Source: Candidatus Heimdallarchaeota archaeon B3_Heim
Lineage (GTDB): Archaea > Asgardarchaeota > Heimdallarchaeia > Hodarchaeales > Hodarchaeaceae
NCBI GenBank assembly: GCA_003144275.1
Contig: NJBF01000022.1
Location: 30,001 to 62,000 of the forward strand
Length of the DNA: 32,000 nucleotides
Reading direction: 5' to 3'
Position numbers and translations under genes: made by a program. Of the stretch, positions 26,747 through 32,000 are shown piece by piece (the first letter of the stretch is position 1; each line of letters opens with the position of its first letter). Under the pieces are notes generated by a model, which was given only the letters and a program-made list of their open reading frames with translations, had not been told where the DNA came from and made no database searches.

Positions 26747-28519
26747 TTAGGAACGTTTTTCAACGATTTCCTTGAACTCAGCTAATAAACCGTTTAAATA
26801 ATCAAAGCCTGCTTGCCAAAACTCTTCTTTTCGAATGTCTAAACCAACTGAAGCAGCTAGATCAATAGGAAATTGAGATCCGCCTGCTTCAAGAATGCTC
26901 TTTAACTTCGGGATAAAAAGACTACCTTCTTCAAGATATTTCTGATATAAACCAAGTACAAATAACATACCAAAAGAGTAAGCATAGCAATAGTAGCGGG
27001 TGAAGAGGAAATGCGGGATTGATGCCCAATTAGCGCTCTGTTCGGGAAGAAAATTTACAGAGTCGCCATACGCCTCCTTTACATGTTTGTCCCAGATATC
27101 ACTCATCTCTTGGAACGAGAGAGTTTGTTTCGCGCCCTTTAGATGACATTCTTTTTCAAAGAAAATATACATTGTTTGTCTGGAAATTGTTCCTATGGCA
27201 TCTTCAAGTTGATTTACAAGCAGGGTGAGTTTGCTATCTTCGTCATTCATCGTTTTAAGAAGCTTTGAGGTAAGAATTTGCTCACCAAATACGGAAGCTG
27301 TTTCAGCAACCACTAGTGGAGGATGATAGTTAAACAAGGTTTGTTTGCGAGCTGAAAACATATCATGTAGTGCATGTCCCATTTCATGGGCTAGTGTCGC
27401 TACTCCGTCAGATGTTCCATCAAATGACATATGAATAACTGGCATTAAGGCTGGTGTTAGACCTGCGCAAAAAGCTCCAGTTCTTTTTCCTTGACGAATT
27501 TCTGAATCGATAAGATCCTTATCGAAAAGTATTTGAGCCATTTGACCAATTTCGGTATCAAAATCGTTATAGGCGCCAAGAACTGCTTCTTCAGCTTCTT
27601 TCCAAGAGTATTTGGTCACTTTAGTGATTGGTGCATAGAGATCTGACCCTTTAATTGAGGTTCCTTGTCCCATCAACTTGGCTTTTGTCTTATAATACTC
27701 TTGGATGAGGGTATAGTTCTTTTTCACCACAGACATCATCGTCTCTACAATATCTTCATCGGTTTGGTTACGAATATGAGCTATAGTCATTGATGAAGGA
27801 TATTTACGTAGATCAACATTTTGACCATGATCCTTCCAAATATTGTTGTAGCAGTGTGAGATCGCAATGGAGTCATCAATATATTTTTGATAATAAGTCT
27901 TAAAAACGTTCTCTCGGGTAATAGGATTCGCATCTCGAAATTTAGGACGAATATCCCCTTGTGAAAGGATTTTCTTCTCCCCTTCAAGTTCTACCTCAAA
28001 TTTAAAATCGGCTGTATACTCCTCATAGAATTTCACCCATGCACTAGCACTAACTAGTGCTTTCTGGTTTATAATCTGTTCTACAGATTCCGATAACTGA
28101 TAGGGTTCTCTTAAACGTAATACCTGTAAATAATGATGATAGTTAGCCATTTTTGGATCATCTAGAAATTTGACAAAAGTCTCTGGATTCATTTTATTAA
28201 TCTCTAAATTGATCCAAATGAGTTTATTTCCAATTTCAACATTTTTTTGTTGTATTTTTGCGAAGAGAGCTTTGAAATTGTCATTTGTTGTTTCCTGTGA
28301 GAATAAGAGTGACCCATATGATCCACATTGTACTAAGTATGTTCCTATTTTTTCATGTTGCTGAAGAAAAGATGTAAACTCTGAGGAAGATAGGGTAGCA
28401 AGTTTATTCCGATATTTAGCTAGATCTTCTGCTAGCTGATTAGCTTTTTCTAGATCCTCATTAATTTGGGGATCGTCATATCCTTTGTAGACAAAAGTTA
28501 AGTCCCATGTAGTTGTCAT
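26747..28519 (-). CDS. pepF: Oligoendopeptidase F (peptidase M3B)
   Basis: WDL near the N-terminus, GKRTGAFC, AHEMGHALH (HExxH), AETAS, HF...YYCYAY. Confidence 0.93.
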   Translation of the reverse strand: MTTTWDLTFVYKGYDDPQINEDLEKANQLAEDLAKYRNKLATLSSSEFTSFLQQHEKIGTYLVQCGSYGSLLFSQETTNDNFKALFAKIQQKNVEIGNKLIWINLEINKMNPETFVKFLDDPKMANYHHYLQVLRLREPYQLSESVEQIINQKALVSASAWVKFYEEYTADFKFEVELEGEKKILSQGDIRPKFRDANPITRENVFKTYYQKYIDDSIAISHCYNNIWKDHGQNVDLRKYPSSMTIAHIRNQTDEDIVETMMSVVKKNYTLIQEYYKTKAKLMGQGTSIKGSDLYAPITKVTKYSWKEAEEAVLGAYNDFDTEIGQMAQILFDKDLIDSEIRQGKRTGAFCAGLTPALMPVIHMSFDGTSDGVATLAHEMGHALHDMFSARKQTLFNYHPPLVVAETASVFGEQILTSKLLKTMNDEDSKLTLLVNQLEDAIGTISRQTMYIFFEKECHLKGAKQTLSFQEMSDIWDKHVKEAYGDSVNFLPEQSANWASIPHFLFTRYYCYAYSFGMLFVLGLYQKYLEEGSLFIPKLKSILEAGGSQFPIDLAASVGLDIRKEEFWQAGFDYLNGLLAEFKEIVEKRS

Positions 28520-28931
28520 TTTCCTTATTATCCTTTTATAATTGATTAGCAGACAGTTTAAAAGAAATTCTCACAATTTTAATTATCCATTGGCTTTGAA
28601 GAACAGAACTCGTGCTTACACCATATTTCTTCAGTTTCAAAAATCGTAATTAGTGACAAAACGATAGTCACATTTGCTGACTAGAATTCGTGTAAAGTAC
28701 AAACACTCGTGTTTTTAAAAGTTAAAATTGAACTCAAGGTTGGAAATGAAAGAACTCACTTCAAATGGTCGATTGGAACCTTTAAACAAATTATAGGATG
28801 AATTGTAATTAAAATATCGGACTTAATTCTTATAAGTGTGTTTTTGACTCAAAGAATCTTAATTATCAGATAGCTAAAGATGAGAATTGATCAACAGCTA
28901 TGAAAATTATGATTGAAGAAAGTGAAGAGAA

Positions 28932-30203
28932 ATGAAAACACAATTACTCGAAGATGAAGTATTATCAGCGATGAGCTTGAGTCGGCAGTATGGAATATTT
29001 AATGCCAATTTAATGATGTTATTATCGGATGAGGATAAAGAATTCATTGAGAATATCCAGAATATCTGTTTAGAAAAGGAAGAAGAGATTGGGGGAACTC
29101 CTGGGCATAATAAGTTGGATGTTTATGAGTTATTCCCTTGGGCTGGAAGCCACGGGCTTATTAACCGAAGCGTTGAATATCCCCATCGTGATGATTTGGA
29201 AATTGGGCTGAAGCCTGAGATTTTAAGACAATGGACATTGGATATTTTTAACCCCCAGTTAAGTTTCGCCTTCGGAGCTTCAGTTCTTGCAATAAATCCT
29301 ATTGCTCACCATAACGAAGGTAAAGAACCTCTTTTGAACGATTTAAAGGGTTTACTTGATGGGAAGAAAATTGGATGTATTGGTATTACTGAACCCTTAC
29401 AAGGATCTGATGCCGTTAATATGAAAGTGAAGGCAGAAAAAGTTTCTGATGGAATCGTAATTAATGGAGAAAAATGCTATACAACCAATAGTCCTAAAGC
29501 TGATCTATGTGTAGTTTATGCCGTTTACAATCCAGAAGATCCAAGGAGCACTATGATTCAAGGAGTTTCACATAAAGACTGGAATGCTGGCTTTAAAGCT
29601 GAAAGAATCGGTATTCCCTCCGTTAGTAAAATTCATATTGGAAAAACTATATTTGAAGATGCACACATCCCAACCGATTATATCACAGGGGATAATGGTG
29701 CTGGTTATGATATCCTCTTCGAAGGTTTAGTACCAGAACGTATTGGGATAGCAGCTCAGTGTGTAGGGAACATGTGGGGTGCTTTTACACTTGCGTCTAT
29801 CTATTCAACAGTACGAGAACAATTTGGCGAGAAAATTTTACGGCATCAAGCAGTAGGAATGTCTGTAATAGCAAAGTATCACGCTAGATTGAATGTCGCT
29901 ACAATGGCATTATTAAAACTAGCAGAGACATATGATGCTAAAAAGGAAGAATTGGCCGATATTCCTCCAACTATGAATCCGTTGGTCGCTACTGCGTCAC
30001 ATATGAAAGAATATTGTTCATTTTTGAACCATGAGTTATGTTATGAGCTTATGCATGCAATGGGCGGAACTGGTGTCACCGATCAGACAAAAATGCCTCT
30101 TTATCAAGGACTTTCCGAAATATCAGAGGTTGTGGGTGGAACCAGAAACGTTCAACTCCTCATTGGTTCCCGAACAATTAATACTATGGTTAAAATGGCA
30201 TAA
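28932..30203 (+). CDS. Acyl-CoA dehydrogenase family protein
   Basis: GITEPLQGSDA, INGEKCYTTN, ERIGIAA, REQFG, AMGGTG and GGTRNVQ motifs. Confidence 0.9.
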   Translation: MKTQLLEDEVLSAMSLSRQYGIFNANLMMLLSDEDKEFIENIQNICLEKEEEIGGTPGHNKLDVYELFPWAGSHGLINRSVEYPHRDDLEIGLKPEILRQWTLDIFNPQLSFAFGASVLAINPIAHHNEGKEPLLNDLKGLLDGKKIGCIGITEPLQGSDAVNMKVKAEKVSDGIVINGEKCYTTNSPKADLCVVYAVYNPEDPRSTMIQGVSHKDWNAGFKAERIGIPSVSKIHIGKTIFEDAHIPTDYITGDNGAGYDILFEGLVPERIGIAAQCVGNMWGAFTLASIYSTVREQFGEKILRHQAVGMSVIAKYHARLNVATMALLKLAETYDAKKEELADIPPTMNPLVATASHMKEYCSFLNHELCYELMHAMGGTGVTDQTKMPLYQGLSEISEVVGGTRNVQLLIGSRTINTMVKMA

Positions 30204-30214
30204 GATTTCCCCCA

Positions 30215-30246
30215 TTTTCCCTTTTTTTCCTTTCTTTTTTCTTTTC
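30215..30246 (+). terminator. Oligo-T/pyrimidine archaeal terminator
   Basis: About 32-nt uninterrupted C/T tract after the stop at 30203. Confidence 0.55.
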
Positions 30247-30445
30247 AAATTCAAAATCTTTTGTTTAACTTTTATCGTTTCCATCTTTGTTGATTTTAGC
30301 AGTAATTAAGTAGAATGAAGACAAAAAATTATGTCCTGCGGATATTTTGTCGAGAATTATTTATTATTAGTTGAGCCTTTATTTTTCATGTAGAATTTCC
30401 CTGAATAAGGCGATAACTGGGATAAATTCTCTAGGTGTCTGGCGG

Positions 30446-31357
30446 ATGACATTACTTTCAGTCAAGGTGTTTGATGATGCGAATGAAGAAATTGTCTCTA
30501 CAATTTCTGTCACTCCTGATAATTGTCAGACTTCTGCTTCTTTACCAGCCATTCGTAGGCTATTACTTCAGAATAATAATACTCAACCTATTCAAGGGTG
30601 GGTTTGTGGAGACAAGCTCCTAGCCTTTTCATATTTAAATTCACAAAAAGTACTTTTGCTTGCCATTGCCAGTAAAAATACTTCTTTCTCAAAACTTCAA
30701 TCTTTTCTAGAATTATTAGGAAAATCCTACAAGCCAGGACTATTTGAAAAACATCAGCCTTCTTTCCAAAAAGATTTTCAGGACATCTGTGATTCTGTTG
30801 TTAGAATGGTGGATTCCTCAACGACACTAAGTATTTCATTATTAGGACTCGCTCGTTCGGGAAAGACAACTTTCATTCAACAACATATAATCGAACAGCA
30901 ACTAGCAGGCTTTAATTCGTATAAACCAACAAGACTAGTTAACATCGTATCACATGAAAGGTCTACACCCAGTCCACATATACGTTTTTACGACCTTGGA
31001 ATGGCTTTCCAACAACATTGGTGGAAATTTAGTACAGAGTCAGATGGTTATATTTTCTTTGTAGATATCTCAGATAATCGGTCTATTAATGCCTCAAAAG
31101 AATTATTAGAGGAAATTCGTAACTTTTGGGATTTGCCATATGTGATTGCTGCTAATAAAATTGATATTGGCTCCATCAAGAATGTGAGAAGATATCTTTC
31201 TAGGAAATTACTTGTACCTATTCGATTGATTTACGAAACTGAATCCGTAACAGGAGTTGGCTTCGATCCTTTACTTGAGGGGATGCTTTCAGAGATTCAT
31301 AAGAACAGATCTTATTCCTCAATTATTCAGCCTCAGCCGACGAAGAACGAATTCTAA
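30446..31357 (+). CDS. Arf/Sar-like small GTPase fused to an N-terminal longin-like domain
   Basis: G1 GLARSGKT (30845-30868), G2 KPT, G3 DLGM (30992-31003), DGYIFFVD, G4 NKID (31154-31165), G5 ESVTG; about 125-aa N-terminal alpha/beta domain. ATG at 30446 has upstream AGGTG/GGCGG. Confidence 0.8.
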   Translation: MTLLSVKVFDDANEEIVSTISVTPDNCQTSASLPAIRRLLLQNNNTQPIQGWVCGDKLLAFSYLNSQKVLLLAIASKNTSFSKLQSFLELLGKSYKPGLFEKHQPSFQKDFQDICDSVVRMVDSSTTLSISLLGLARSGKTTFIQQHIIEQQLAGFNSYKPTRLVNIVSHERSTPSPHIRFYDLGMAFQQHWWKFSTESDGYIFFVDISDNRSINASKELLEEIRNFWDLPYVIAANKIDIGSIKNVRRYLSRKLLVPIRLIYETESVTGVGFDPLLEGMLSEIHKNRSYSSIIQPQPTKNEF

Positions 31358-31429
31358 CGTTCTAGCTAGAAGATACTCTGCCGTAGAATTTATGAAGCAT
31401 TCTACAATCCACAGATAAGAACAGATTCG

Positions 31430-32000
31430 ATGGCGGTGTGTCTATTGACGAAAAAATTTCAATCTAAATCTGAGATTCAGAGGTTAGAAACAATCGTTTC
31501 GATCACCAACGCATTTATTCTCTATGATTTTCAAACAATGTTGGATTATATCATAAAAACAGTTACTGAGAAGATAGATGCTGCGATTGGGGGGATTTTT
31601 CTATTAGAAAAGGATTCTGTAGTGCTTGTAGCGGAGGTGGGAGGAACTTTACCCCTCTATAATACCGTCAAACAACAAGCGCTGTTTACCTCAACTGGAC
31701 AGTCGCACGAAAAGAATTATTCTACCATAAAGGGTCTTGCAGCCCAAACAGTTCTTGAAGAAAAAACCATAGTTATAAATGATATATCAACTTTACAAGT
31801 ATCTAAAAGGGCACAGAAAGTTGTGAAGGACTTAGGTATAACTAATTTATTATCCAGTCCAATATAATATCATAATATCCCACATGGAGTAATACAAGTA
31901 GCTCGTACTGGAAATAAACCGTTTTCTATGGAAGAAGTTTCGTTTATTGATGACATTACCGCCGAGCTTGGTATCGTTATCATTCAAAAGGCTACTGATG
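31430..32000 (+). pseudogene. GAF-domain sensor gene interrupted by an in-frame TAA (runs off the window end)
   Basis: GAF features (GGIFLL, GLAAQTVLEEKTIVINDI, LLSSPI), then TAA at 31865-31867, then the same frame continues YHNIPHGVIQVAR...PFSMEEVSFIDDITAELGIVI to the window end. Confidence 0.7.

Noticed and set aside
28520-28931. 412-bp intergenic region as a possible ncRNA or riboswitch
   Set aside because: No convincing stems or known RNA motif seen; explained by two divergent promoters.
22638-31357. RING protein and GTPase as one GATOR/Rag-like operon
   Set aside because: They are about 4.6 kb apart on opposite strands with three unrelated genes between them, and the GTPase is Arf-like with an N-terminal extra domain rather than the Rag layout.
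31865-31867. Selenocysteine, pyrrolysine or alternative genetic code readthrough
   Set aside because: The codon is TAA, not TGA or TAG, and TAA terminates many intact genes in this window.
1-32000. CRISPR arrays, IS elements, integrases, rRNA or tRNA genes
   Set aside because: No regularly spaced repeats, transposase or integrase motifs, terminal inverted repeats or RNA gene signatures seen by eye; nearly all the sequence is accounted for by CDSs.

Overview
AT-rich (roughly 35% GC by eye), gene-dense archaeal DNA, most likely from an Asgard archaeon (Heimdallarchaeia/Hodarchaeales-like; inference). The evidence is GGTGA Shine-Dalgarno sites, BRE/TATA promoters, oligo-T terminators, an Arf-like small GTPase with an extra N-terminal domain and a RING-type protein. 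About 27 genes are present; I found no rRNA, tRNA, CRISPR array or mobile element. Left half: a minus-strand operon (SCP2, class II aldolase, LsrK-like FGGY kinase, 2-hydroxyacid dehydrogenase), a W-type AOR divergent from a two-subunit xanthine-oxidase-family Mo enzyme, a VOC protein, a Cys-bearing HxlR regulator, a three-gene membrane cluster ending in heme O synthase, an aldo-keto reductase, a metallophosphoesterase and an EutA with no eutBC nearby. Right half: type IA topoisomerase, GNAT-like protein, cyclase, ferritin-like protein, a 1052-aa helical protein with a C-terminal ZnF-RING, cupin, oligoendopeptidase F, acyl-CoA dehydrogenase, a longin-like/GTPase fusion and a GAF gene broken by an in-frame TAA. 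The two strongest leads are (1) a 12-TM, 3x4-repeat His-rich protein next to heme O synthase, resembling both heme-copper oxidase subunit I and heme A synthase but canonical for neither, and (2) a helical ZnF-RING protein whose Cys/His spacing nearly matches the GATOR2 (WDR24/MIOS) C-terminus as I recall it. All family calls come from motif recognition, not database searches.
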